Shown: piece after piece, positions 10,044-19,845 of the stretch
How positions within the stretch are numbered: the stretch's first letter is position 1
How the letters are laid out: each line of letters starts with the position of its first letter
Program-made: the position numbers and the translations under genes
Source of the DNA: Wickerhamiella versatilis
Lineage: Eukaryota
Length of the DNA stretch: 64,000 nt
Direction: 5' to 3'
NCBI GenBank assembly: GCA_030867685.1
Contig: JAQOWU010000007.1
Location: forward strand, 1,550,001-1,614,000
Notes under the pieces: generated by a model
What the model saw: the letters and a program-made list of their open reading frames with translations, nothing else
What the model was told of the DNA's origin: nothing
Databases searched by the model: none

Positions 10044-11300
10044 ATGGTGCTGTGGGCCATCAATACCACGTGTGTTGTGGTGTCATGTAGCATTACAACA
10101 GTGGCTGTTTTGCGTCATTTAAAGAATTATCGAAAGCCTATGGACCAGCGACTTATAGTCCGCATAATGCTGATGTTGCCGCTTTTTGGCATATCAGCGT
10201 GGATGGAGCTTTATGGTCCCCGGTTTCTCGCAGGTACCCTGACTTTTTTACGTGAAATATACGAAGCATTTGTTATTTATACGTTTTACTCGCTGCTCAC
10301 TTCGCTTCTAGGCGGTGAACGCGAGATTATCTTCCAGGCAACAGGTCGTCCGCCCATGCACCTTTTTGGCCGAAAGATAGACTTAAGTGACCCACCCACT
10401 TATCTCAAAATAAAGCAGCTTGTCATGCAGTACGTTTGGATGCGGCCGCTTGTTACAGTCCTCAGCGTTATTGCGCCATCTTGGTTACAACTGCCGTTGA
10501 TAATCATCTATAATTTGAGTATAACTCTGGCTCTCAATGCATTAATGCTATTCTGGGTTTACTTAAATCAGGATCTTCAACCTTATCGTGTTGCACTGAA
10601 GTTCATTAGCGTGAAACTAATTGTTTTTTTCAGTTATTGGCAGAGCCTTTTTCTATCGATTCTCGGCCATTTTGGTGTTATGAGCGCTGAAAACTTGTCT
10701 CTTTCGAAAAATTCGCTAATGTGTATTGAGACTGTAGGCTTTTCCGTGCTCCATTGGTATGCATTCCCAGTTTCCGACTATGCGTCTACTGTAATGTTTG
10801 GTTTTGCCCGATTGAGACTTGGTGCGGCTATCCGTGATGTATTTGGAATCACTGACTTGCTGATAGATTTCCGCTCCACTTTTTTGGGGCCTAGATATGG
10901 CTACGTGGAGTTTGATAGTGTTGAAGCGGTGCTTGATCACAAGGATTCATTAACTAGGCAGCAAAGGATTGCAGCAGGCCTGCGATACCGTAACGGTGGA
11001 AGATCTAAATACTGGCTACCAAAGTCTTCACTCAAAAAGCTGCTTGCCAGAACCCCTCAACTGAGTCGATATGGTTCGGTCAGTGCCTCGCCCTTGGCTG
11101 AACCGTCAGCAGCGATTCCTGACAATTGTGTGGATCTAGGACTCGATGCGGAGTTGGATCTGGAGGCTGAACCACTTTACAAGGTTGCAAGGTCCTTGTA
11201 CGGTGACTATAACTATCCTGTGGTTACAGTGCGTGAATCAGAAGAATATGTTTCATATGAAGACCGCTATAGACGTCAACAAGTTCTTAGCGCTATATAG
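10044..11300 (+). CDS. HFL1: TMEM184/OST-alpha family vacuolar membrane protein Hfl1
   Basis: HLKNYRKPMDQRLIVRI, REIYEAFVIYTF, KFISVKLIVFFSYWQ, GLRYRNGGRSKYW and C-terminal LY..AR..YGDYNYPV. Confidence 0.88.
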   Translation: MVLWAINTTCVVVSCSITTVAVLRHLKNYRKPMDQRLIVRIMLMLPLFGISAWMELYGPRFLAGTLTFLREIYEAFVIYTFYSLLTSLLGGEREIIFQATGRPPMHLFGRKIDLSDPPTYLKIKQLVMQYVWMRPLVTVLSVIAPSWLQLPLIIIYNLSITLALNALMLFWVYLNQDLQPYRVALKFISVKLIVFFSYWQSLFLSILGHFGVMSAENLSLSKNSLMCIETVGFSVLHWYAFPVSDYASTVMFGFARLRLGAAIRDVFGITDLLIDFRSTFLGPRYGYVEFDSVEAVLDHKDSLTRQQRIAAGLRYRNGGRSKYWLPKSSLKKLLARTPQLSRYGSVSASPLAEPSAAIPDNCVDLGLDAELDLEAEPLYKVARSLYGDYNYPVVTVRESEEYVSYEDRYRRQQVLSAI

Positions 11301-11696
11301 CATCCAGATTTTTTTTTCCTTAGACAACTGCTGTAATTGATTCTCTTTCTCTCTCTGACTCTCAAATTCCTAAATCGTTGTATGTAGTACTTATCATATC
11401 TTCTAATTTTGCTGCAATTAATCAGCCACGGCACAGACACCCTAAATTAGATGCCTTCAGGTGTCCTTGATTGCATTTTCCGTTGAGCGACAAGAAGCTT
11501 GGAACAAGCTTCAAAGCATGCCCTCGATCACCCCTAGAAAGGGTTTCTTAAAAATCTATGACTATTAAAGTATATGTATCTTGAACGCGAGGTATTAATA
11601 GAGACTAGATCCCAAACTTTCATATTAAGCTAACTAAGCTGCATTGGCTGATCGACCTTACATTTCAGAAAATACAAGGCACCAAATATTGTCAGT

Positions 11697-12785
11697 ATGA
11701 CATGCCTTGAGCTCAATTTAGGGCCAGGGGTCTACACTGGAGGTGAAATTTTGCGAGGATTTGTGCGATTTGAGCCTAGTAAGACTTGTTCAATCCGAGG
11801 TATCTCTTTGAAGCTCAGATGTGACGAGGAGGCAGCGTTTAGTGCTCCAAATACAAGCAAGACAGTGAAAGAGTTCCGAAGAATATATGAGGATGAGCAG
11901 TTCCTGCGCTTTGGGCCTACAGGCAGCGAAAGCTGTGTACTTCGTCCAGGACGTCATGAATTTGCATTTGAATGGACTCTTCCTACAAACAGACGGGACA
12001 GCGGCCTTCCACTACCACCATCGGCAATATCTAGCTGTGGAAGTATCCGCCATTATGTCAAGGCGACGATTAGAAGGTCGTCTCGATTCTCTAACGATTT
12101 GAGGGCCGTCAAAGATTTTATTTATATGCCAGTATCTATAGTTACGGAAAGTGATGAGATGAATGCAATGACAGTAGAGGAACATGTCAGTTTCCAGAGA
12201 AGGGTCGAAAGGAGTCTCATGCAGCGTGTCTTTAGAACCAGACCCAGCACTATGCAGATTAATTCTGGTATTGTGCTAGAGTGCCACTTCCCAGCACAGG
12301 GTATAACCCAGAAGGATCTTCCTCTCAAGCTTCGATTATACTCGACTACCCAGGGGTTTGCTGTTCATGTTGTGGAACTCACAATAGAGCTTATTTGTGA
12401 GTCGCACTGGCGTGCCAAAGGGTTTCAACAGGTGAAGAAAGAACATACAATCCTTCTGCGACGAGCAAAAGTCGATGTGACAGGTACAAGGTTAGATTTT
12501 GAGCGGTTTTTGGAGGATATTGGAATTGTCGATCCCGTCACGCCCTCATTTAAGTCACCACTTGTCGACTATGAATACCAATTGGCTGTAAAAATGGTTG
12601 TTGCTGACCCAAGAGCCTTGGGTCAGACGAAGACGCTGTCTATGAAGAGATTGGTTACGTTACGCTCCCCTTACATATGGCGGCGTCCTGCTCCTGGGGA
12701 ATCCGTTGAGCCCAGCTGGCACGCAACAAAGCCGGTTGCTCCCCAACCTGATGCTCCCCCAGACTACTACACAATCGACTTTTAA
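11697..12785 (+). CDS. Alpha-arrestin-like protein (putative Rsp5 adaptor)
   Basis: Arrestin-N pattern VYTGGEILRGFV, LRPGRHEFAFEWTLP, LPPS, GSIRHYVKATIRR; PSFKSPLVDYEYQL; C-terminal PPDY. Confidence 0.8.
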   Translation: MTCLELNLGPGVYTGGEILRGFVRFEPSKTCSIRGISLKLRCDEEAAFSAPNTSKTVKEFRRIYEDEQFLRFGPTGSESCVLRPGRHEFAFEWTLPTNRRDSGLPLPPSAISSCGSIRHYVKATIRRSSRFSNDLRAVKDFIYMPVSIVTESDEMNAMTVEEHVSFQRRVERSLMQRVFRTRPSTMQINSGIVLECHFPAQGITQKDLPLKLRLYSTTQGFAVHVVELTIELICESHWRAKGFQQVKKEHTILLRRAKVDVTGTRLDFERFLEDIGIVDPVTPSFKSPLVDYEYQLAVKMVVADPRALGQTKTLSMKRLVTLRSPYIWRRPAPGESVEPSWHATKPVAPQPDAPPDYYTIDF

Positions 12786-12989
12786 GGGACACTAAAATAA
12801 TATTGTTGGGTAATGTAATACTTAATACGCCTCAGAAATGCACCAATTGTTGGGCAAACTTGTGATATATGACACACTGCTAGAAACATACCGATATCGT
12901 CCATTGTCAACAGAGACCGGTTGGACAATGCAAGATAGCCCACTCTATTCTTCCATATCAATATTACAAATATATATATATATGCAAGG

Positions 12990-14246
12990 ATGACTGACCA
13001 TTTTATCCCTGGTGTTGCTTATAAAGCTGTTCCAAAAAATATATCCTCGACCATGTTCAGCAAGGATGTGAAAATTGAATTGAATCTTGGGGAAAATGGC
13101 ATTGCCACATCTTTGGGGCCTTTGGAAGGAAAAGTACTTTTGACCTCTGCAACTCCAATGAGTGTCAGGGACATATCTGTTCGCTTACTAGGACGGTGTA
13201 GGACGTGTGCTTCGGTTCTTGACGAGGGAAAAACTTCGGAGAAAATAGAGACAGAGACTTTTCTTAAGGTTGAAAAAAAGATATTTCCTCCCAAGGAATG
13301 GAAACAGAAGGAACTGACACTCCCCGCAGGCGATAACAGATTTTCTTTTGCATTGGCGATACCTGAGCACGCCACTGGCGGTGATTCTTCACGGTGGCTT
13401 GGTCGTACATTGCCACCTTCTGTCGTATTTCCATATCACCGTGGGCGCATAGAGTATGACCTTGAGGTCAAAGTTCACCGGCCAGGATTTTGGGGGTTCA
13501 CAAAGAAGAACGGTGTCATAGTACCATATCGCTCAACTTTTATTCAGTATAACCCAGATAGTTTGGTGTATGCGCAACGTTCATTTGAAGTGCTAATTTA
13601 TGATTCAAAATATGGATGGGCCGCAATGATGTGGGAAGCCTTAGGTTATGATCAGAGTTCTATAAGACAGGCATATCGGGCACGTATGGAAACTCCACTT
13701 GAGGGAATTGTTCTTGGGGTACACAAAAAGTTGAGCGATGTAATCAGGAGGCTAAAGGTCGAACCAATAGGTGACACCGACTCAGCGAACTATCCCATAA
13801 TAATCGATTCGGTGCTTGTTCAAATTAACACCATGTGCAGAACCACTGCATTAAATATAACAGAAGAGAAAGAGGGAAGAACTATCTTGCTGCGTGCTGA
13901 AAAATTGAATTATCGTGTCCCTAGTGACAACGATATAACGGCACTTATCGCGGAAGCACCCATTCCTCCAGAACTACCTACATCTTTGTGCACGCCTCTA
14001 GCACAAATTTCTCACGAACTACGCGTAACACTGGGAGTGCGCCCTGTCAAGGGTTCGAAAAGAACATGTTATGTACAGCTTTTGAACAAGCTGCCAGCAA
14101 TCTCGGGCGTCATCCAATCTGACGAGCCACCTGCTTATAGTGCAATTGTCAATGAGCCGTCTTCGATCTCCGTTGGGGACTCTGCTAATGACAGCGCGAA
14201 TGAGAATCAAAAAAGTAGTGGCGAGCAGCTAAAGTCTAAGTCTTGA
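12990..14246 (+). CDS. Alpha-arrestin-like protein (putative Rsp5 adaptor), second of a tandem pair
   Basis: LEGKVLL, LPAGDNRFSFALAIP, LPPS, GRIEYDLEVKVHRPG, PTSLCTPLAQISHEL; C-terminal PPAY. Confidence 0.78.
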   Translation: MTDHFIPGVAYKAVPKNISSTMFSKDVKIELNLGENGIATSLGPLEGKVLLTSATPMSVRDISVRLLGRCRTCASVLDEGKTSEKIETETFLKVEKKIFPPKEWKQKELTLPAGDNRFSFALAIPEHATGGDSSRWLGRTLPPSVVFPYHRGRIEYDLEVKVHRPGFWGFTKKNGVIVPYRSTFIQYNPDSLVYAQRSFEVLIYDSKYGWAAMMWEALGYDQSSIRQAYRARMETPLEGIVLGVHKKLSDVIRRLKVEPIGDTDSANYPIIIDSVLVQINTMCRTTALNITEEKEGRTILLRAEKLNYRVPSDNDITALIAEAPIPPELPTSLCTPLAQISHELRVTLGVRPVKGSKRTCYVQLLNKLPAISGVIQSDEPPAYSAIVNEPSSISVGDSANDSANENQKSSGEQLKSKS

Positions 14247-14353
14247 AATCATATATAATATAATATAATTTTTGCATAAGGGTATGATATGATATGAGAA
14301 CAGATTTCCTCGATAGCTTAACATACAACACAAATTATTAGGGTACATATGTT

Positions 14354-15499
14354 TTATATAAAACTTGCTGGCATTTTTGGCAAACGCGCCACTCCTCTGG
14401 CAGCCTTACTAGGCTTCCATATCATAATAGTATTTGCATCATCACCTGTGGCCATAACCCAGGGATCCTTAGGATGCCAGTCGAAATCTTTAATTGGACC
14501 CACGCACCCAGCGTGTTGAAACAAAAGCTCAGGCACTGCATCTTCAGCCTCATCTGGGTCTTGCTCTTGGCCAAGTTTCGTCAAGTCCCACACCGCAAGT
14601 TGCTTATCTTCCCCTGCAGTGGCAAAGACACCATCGAAATGTGGACTCCATTTTAGAACATTACAAGCACCATCATGACCGGCAATAGTGTGTAATGGAC
14701 TTTCTGGTGATCTCAAATCCCAAATAGCCACCGTACCATCCATATCGCCTGTCGCCAGCATGTGAGGTGCAAATGGATTGAAAGCTGCCGTGATAACAGC
14801 CGTACTACTAACATTGAGCGTCATTGTATTCTCAAGTTTCTCCTCCCCCTCCTGGACTTTGAACATATACACATTGCCATCCTCACAAGCTACGGCAATC
14901 TCATTGGAGTCAAGCGGTGACCATACGACATCGTTAGCACCATTTTCCAAACTAGTTTGACCAACAGCCTTGGACTTCTTTTTATTCGACTCGGCGTGCC
15001 ATACTACTATGCTGCCATCGTCAGCACAGGTCGCCAGCTTTTTAGGATCACTGATAGACCACGAAAGCCCATACCCCCCATCAGAATGGATATGTGGGAG
15101 CTCGAATAGAGCGTTCGAGGGGTTTATGTTGAATATTTGAACTTTTCCTTCACTGTTAATCGACGCACCAAGTGTTGCATTCGAGGATACACGCGCCCGA
15201 TTTACGTCACCTTGATGTTCAAACGAGCTCTTCACCCACTCTGACCTTTCATCTGTTTTCTTAAATGCATCAACAATAAAAATTTCGGCGCTCTCGCCTG
15301 ACTCTTCTGGAGTGAAGTTGCCGCATAACAAATCGCTTGTGTCTCGGATCCACTGAAGTGACATCACAGGCCATTCCTCCTGTTTGGATAATATGAATTC
15401 ATAAAGCTCAGGTGAAATTTTCTTCCATTCTTCATGCTCCTTCGCAACATCTGGGTCGTAGTCCTCGTCGTTTTTATCCAGAACCGCCGGTAGAGACAT
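14354..15499 (-). CDS. WD40 histone chaperone of the RBBP4/Hat2/Msi1 family
   Basis: WKKISPELYE...WPVMSLQW histone H4-binding N-terminus, HQGDVNRAR, WDLRS, WDLTKLGQEQDPDEAEDAVPELLFQHAG. Confidence 0.9.
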   Translation of the reverse strand: MSLPAVLDKNDEDYDPDVAKEHEEWKKISPELYEFILSKQEEWPVMSLQWIRDTSDLLCGNFTPEESGESAEIFIVDAFKKTDERSEWVKSSFEHQGDVNRARVSSNATLGASINSEGKVQIFNINPSNALFELPHIHSDGGYGLSWSISDPKKLATCADDGSIVVWHAESNKKKSKAVGQTSLENGANDVVWSPLDSNEIAVACEDGNVYMFKVQEGEEKLENTMTLNVSSTAVITAAFNPFAPHMLATGDMDGTVAIWDLRSPESPLHTIAGHDGACNVLKWSPHFDGVFATAGEDKQLAVWDLTKLGQEQDPDEAEDAVPELLFQHAGCVGPIKDFDWHPKDPWVMATGDDANTIMIWKPSKAARGVARLPKMPASFI

Positions 15500-15637
15500 A
15501 GTGACACGTTAAGTCAGCGGTTAGTTCTAATTGTCTTGCGTAGGACAGTGAGAAGGTAGGGTATATTGTAAATCCGTGGAATCGTTTTCTTTTTCTCCAC
15601 TTATATTGAACAAGGATTAGGAACGTATAATCTGCTG

Positions 15638-15760
15638 CCATGTGAGAACACCCGCAGTAAAAGGTGTGTTCCCTTATCTTGAATATAGGAAGAAGTAGAA
15701 GGTGGCTAAATATATAAGTTCGGGAACTTAAACTACCAACAGTATAATCTACACCTTCTA
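15638..15760 (-). ncRNA. Candidate structured RNA with hairpin-hinge-hairpin-ACA layout (H/ACA-like, atypical)
   Basis: Nested stems TAGAAGGTG/CACCTTCTA and TAAGTTC/GAACTTA; AGATAA (ANANNA); stem GGGAACAC/GTGTTCTC followed directly by ACA. Spacing is non-canonical. Confidence 0.2.
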
Positions 15761-15833
15761 AAATTAAAAAAGCTAATGTATAAATGCATTTCTTTTTACA
15801 CCCTGTCAGATTCGGATCCAGGGCATGGCGTAC

Positions 15834-16517
15834 CTAGAAAATATAAGGCGTTAAACACCAGCGAATAGAATAACCATGAGAATTGTAATATTCTTTCTGT
15901 TGCTTAGCACTCATGCCTAGATTTGTTACGACCCAGAAAATGGTCGCGCAATGTAACATTGCATTGGGATATGGCAGTGCAAGATAAATGGCAATCTCTG
16001 CTGCATAATGAGGGTCTGAAACACTGTGGTGCTGGAATAATATGGGTAACTTGTATTTTTGTGTCCTTGCCAGTTCGCGATGCATTAAATGTTGGGCCAA
16101 GGACGCTGTTATGAAAATCGCCAGACCGAAGGAAGTAAACTGCCCCCCAGGCAATGCTTGGAATAAATAAAAGCACAGGCCTACAAAGTAGTGTACTAAA
16201 TGCATACGTGCCTTGCTTTGCGGGTCGAAAACATATAATTGTTCGTAGAGTCTCCGAAATGCATGGCACAGTAGCGCGACGCGTTTCAATCCAAAATCGC
16301 TATTATACCAAGCTGCAATTAATGTCAGAGTTGCGAGTTCTACATAAAAGTGACTGAACCATCTCTTAGGAACGGTGATGCTAGCCAATAGTGAAGAGCG
16401 TGATGGAGTTGTCTTGCCATATGCTAAAAACTCAGAGAGAGCTGGTATGAAGCCTGCAAGCAATACGGCAGCTGCAGCTGCACAGTGAAATAGTACGAAG
16501 AGAATCTCAAATATCAT
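15834..16517 (-). CDS. DFG10: Polyprenal/polyprenol reductase Dfg10 (SRD5A3 family)
   Basis: LAYGKT, VPKRWFSHFY, HAFRRLYE, MHLVHYFVGLCFY, PHYAAEIAIY. First ATG is at 16517; the ORF-track start at 16571 is a TTG. Confidence 0.9.
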   Translation of the reverse strand: MIFEILFVLFHCAAAAAVLLAGFIPALSEFLAYGKTTPSRSSLLASITVPKRWFSHFYVELATLTLIAAWYNSDFGLKRVALLCHAFRRLYEQLYVFDPQSKARMHLVHYFVGLCFYLFQALPGGQFTSFGLAIFITASLAQHLMHRELARTQKYKLPILFQHHSVSDPHYAAEIAIYLALPYPNAMLHCATIFWVVTNLGMSAKQQKEYYNSHGYSIRWCLTPYIF

Positions 16518-16555
16518 TTCACAGTTTGTCCATCGTATTTTCGTGAATTGCTGAC

Positions 16556-17764
16556 ATGAGCTTTGAAGCAAAATCCAGGAGCTTTTTGGACTGGGCTTCC
16601 AGCCGCGGTATATTTCTATCGCCTAAAGTAACCCTCTCAGATTTACGTGAATCGCATCAAGGTAGGGGTCTTATAGCTACACAGGACATTGAAGCAGGAG
16701 AGACCATCGCTGAGGTACCAGAGGATGCTGTTATCGCAGTTTCCAAAAATCCTGAATTTAACGCATTAGCAGATAAATATTCTTTGGAACAGCCACCGGT
16801 TTTGATCGCATACCTTATGAGCCTGTCAGCCAACCCAGAATACCAGAATTATTTTGCAGTTCTTCCCACGGAATTTACAACGCCAATGTTTTGGAGCGAT
16901 GAACAGCTTAAGCTACTTAAAGGTTCTTTCTTGACCACTAAAATTGGGAAGGAAGATGCAAATGCCCTCTACTCTACTCTGCAAAATACAATCTTGACCG
17001 AGCCAATCTTCGAAGGTGTGGATACATCCATTTCTGCATTTCATCGGATGGGGAGCATAATGATGGCTTATGGTTTTGACATAGGAGCTGAAGATGATGA
17101 TATTGAAAGGTCCTTCTTACCGGTTATTGATATGGCCAATGGATGTCATGATGCAAATGCAAAGCTTGATGGCCTCAAACTCGTTGCATCTAAACCAATA
17201 CAGAAGGGGGCTCAAGTCTACAACACATATGGTGATGACCTGCCCACTTCAGAATATGTAAGGCTCTATGGGTTTGCTGAAAAGGGTGGAACGCCCAATG
17301 AGATTGCTGAGGTCTCTCTCGAGGACTTGTTATGGGGTATTGAAGAAATACATGGGACTTCCAAAGAGACCTTAGAACATAGGGTCGAACATCTACGCAC
17401 GGTATTCGATGACGATTTAATTGACGATGATTTCGAGGTGTCAAAGGTGCCGAGTGAAGAATTAATTGCAGCGACAATTACTCTAAGCATGCCTCCCACA
17501 AAGAATAATCATGAGCAAGCCATGACTCTTACATCTGAAGGCCTTCTTACCCGTGCAGCTCGTGATGTGCTGTCAAAAGTTTTTGCAAAACGCTTGGATG
17601 AGTATCCAAAACCAGCAGATCTTTCGTCCGCGCCAACATTCTTAACCTCTGCCGAGAATATGAGTGCACAAGTATGTGACAGTGAGGTTCGGTGCTTTAA
17701 CGAGGCACAAAAGTGGCTTGAAACTGCACCCTTAGCCCGAGCAACAAAGAAGGGCCGCCACTGA
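16556..17764 (+). CDS. RKM4: SET-domain protein lysine methyltransferase, Rkm4/SETD6 family
   Basis: QGRGLIATQDI, LPTEFTTPMFWS, FHRMGSIMMAYGFD, PVIDMAN, VYNTYG, YVRLYGF. Confidence 0.8.
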   Translation: MSFEAKSRSFLDWASSRGIFLSPKVTLSDLRESHQGRGLIATQDIEAGETIAEVPEDAVIAVSKNPEFNALADKYSLEQPPVLIAYLMSLSANPEYQNYFAVLPTEFTTPMFWSDEQLKLLKGSFLTTKIGKEDANALYSTLQNTILTEPIFEGVDTSISAFHRMGSIMMAYGFDIGAEDDDIERSFLPVIDMANGCHDANAKLDGLKLVASKPIQKGAQVYNTYGDDLPTSEYVRLYGFAEKGGTPNEIAEVSLEDLLWGIEEIHGTSKETLEHRVEHLRTVFDDDLIDDDFEVSKVPSEELIAATITLSMPPTKNNHEQAMTLTSEGLLTRAARDVLSKVFAKRLDEYPKPADLSSAPTFLTSAENMSAQVCDSEVRCFNEAQKWLETAPLARATKKGRH

Positions 17765-18007
17765 AAATATCTAGAAAGTTCTATCATAGGAGATTTAATC
17801 CGCATAGTTAAAAAAACAATAGATAGCACCTTGTGCTGAAGAGATGCATTCCCGCCGCTCTATGAAGGAGGAATATAAACTAAGGCCATAAAATACGGCA
17901 CACTACTCTCAAATTTTATCATTACAGATCTTTTTTTTTAACAAACCAGAGCTTAAGCGACAGATATATATGCCTTGGTCTTGGTCTTGATTAACAGGCG
18001 CCTGCGC

Positions 18008-19645
18008 CTAGGTAGCCTTCACACGTTTGACCATAGGAGAGCCTGGTTTGGCCTTACGCCTCTTCGTTGGTCTTTCCTCGCCATCAGGAAAGCACATGTC
18101 CGGCAGCTGGTGCGCTTTGACAACTCTTAATGCAAGGCAATACAAATCATCATCATACTGCGGCCACATTTTCACAGTCTCATGGAATTCCTGACAAGGC
18201 CACTGCAAATTTATTTGTCTACGCGATTCATCGCTTGGACGAATATCAAGTCCAATAAAAAGTGAGGTGGCACGAACCACAAATTTTCCCTCCTCTATTA
18301 CGTTTTCAGTTTTCTCCTTCTCTGTCTCCATTCCCTCAGTAAGAAGTTGTGTGGTGGGTAATGGCTTGCCATCGGCCACACTCCGGGCTTCTTCCTCAGA
18401 ACTGCACAAAAATTCTTGCTCAAAGGGCTTGTTGAAAGGATGGGCAATCTCAATATCCGGTATGAGCTCCAACTTCTGGACCAGTAATCTGAGCCGCGAC
18501 TCAATCCATCCAGACCAGCCTAAATGTTGCTCTGAATCACCTTTGGAGGTTGCCATCACAGCCATATAGTACTTATAATCGTGGAAAAATCTGTGCTTCT
18601 CAAATAGAGCATCCCAACTGAGCTGTCCGTCAAAAATCTCCTGCGTGATCTTAGCGCCCCTCTCTAGTTCTTTTTTGATGATAGCATGAGTCGATGCTGT
18701 GACATTATGGGTAGCGCACATGGCAGGGTATGCTGGGGTAATTATAGGCATACGATGCGCACGGTCGCCGGTATACAGCTGGGGGTTCCAGATGCGAACT
18801 GGCAGTGGACCATCCTCAATTTTGGTGAGCATGACCGGCTGCGGCCATTTCCACATAGAATAGATATAAAAGAATCGATTCACAATAGTAGCTGCTATGG
18901 CATTAGGGTATAATTGGCATATTCGCGCGACCATCATTGCCCATGCGACACCTCCAGGAAACCCTATGATATTCGCATAAATTGCTCTTCGTTGTGCCCA
19001 CAGCTTTATTGTCCGCAATGCATGTCTAAAAACAGTTTTTTCAGGCACAAGAGCTAGAATTGCATCCGTTACACGCGTACCGTTCAGTGCACGCTGGTCT
19101 TTCTCATCTGTATTTTTTAGAAGATTGTTGTCTTCAAGAGTGAGGTTTTCAGGAATTTGCGCCAGGTCCAACCGTGCACAAATCAGATCAATGGAGATCC
19201 CCATAAGCTTGATCTTGATAATTGGCACAAAGGCCTCAGGAACTGCGGCAATTTCCTCCAGCTCCGGTTGTTCACGCAGAATGGCAACCATGTCTTCAAA
19301 GAAAGCCTCCCGGGAAACATGCTTCGGGACAACCACCAGGGTATCGATATCGGATCCTGGGCCGTACACACCCAAGCGGTACGAACCGAACGTAAACACT
19401 TTCCCACCTGCATCACGGGCCATACCATCACTCATATGGCGTTTGAGGCTTACCCTGTATACAAACTCCTTTGTTAGCCGCTGCATTAAAGCGAGGGCCT
19501 TTGTACGCCGCGCACCCTCTTCCTCAGATTCAAATGAGTTCTGCTCTTTGAGCTCGTGGATCATGGATTCATTCAATACGCGATCCTGAGGCGTTGGTCC
19601 TGCCGTAGATACAGGGCCAGTGATGCCATATTGCCTTCGAGACAT
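18008..19645 (-). CDS. PAP1: Poly(A) polymerase
   Basis: YGITGPVS, FTFGSYRLGVYGPGSDIDTL, ALNGTRVTD, GFPGGVAWAM, MPIITPAYP. Confidence 0.97.
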   Translation of the reverse strand: MSRRQYGITGPVSTAGPTPQDRVLNESMIHELKEQNSFESEEEGARRTKALALMQRLTKEFVYRVSLKRHMSDGMARDAGGKVFTFGSYRLGVYGPGSDIDTLVVVPKHVSREAFFEDMVAILREQPELEEIAAVPEAFVPIIKIKLMGISIDLICARLDLAQIPENLTLEDNNLLKNTDEKDQRALNGTRVTDAILALVPEKTVFRHALRTIKLWAQRRAIYANIIGFPGGVAWAMMVARICQLYPNAIAATIVNRFFYIYSMWKWPQPVMLTKIEDGPLPVRIWNPQLYTGDRAHRMPIITPAYPAMCATHNVTASTHAIIKKELERGAKITQEIFDGQLSWDALFEKHRFFHDYKYYMAVMATSKGDSEQHLGWSGWIESRLRLLVQKLELIPDIEIAHPFNKPFEQEFLCSSEEEARSVADGKPLPTTQLLTEGMETEKEKTENVIEEGKFVVRATSLFIGLDIRPSDESRRQINLQWPCQEFHETVKMWPQYDDDLYCLALRVVKAHQLPDMCFPDGEERPTKRRKAKPGSPMVKRVKAT

Positions 19646-19845
19646 TCCTGAGTGAAAGACGTCGCTTACTACGGAAATAGGTTAAGCTTAGTAGTGGTAG
19701 TGGTAGGTAGGAATAGAACATGGTAAATCGTGGAGAGCTTGTGTGGGTACTTAACGCTTATGTTCTATGTTGCTTGATTATTATTTCTTAAGAAATTAAT
19801 ATATCTGATGATGTGGGGGTTGAATGAATGCAATTATGTAGCACC

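Noticed and set aside
16518-16571. Apparent coding overlap of DFG10 and RKM4 in the ORF track
   Set aside because: The track starts DFG10 at a TTG; the first ATG is at 16517, so there is no coding overlap
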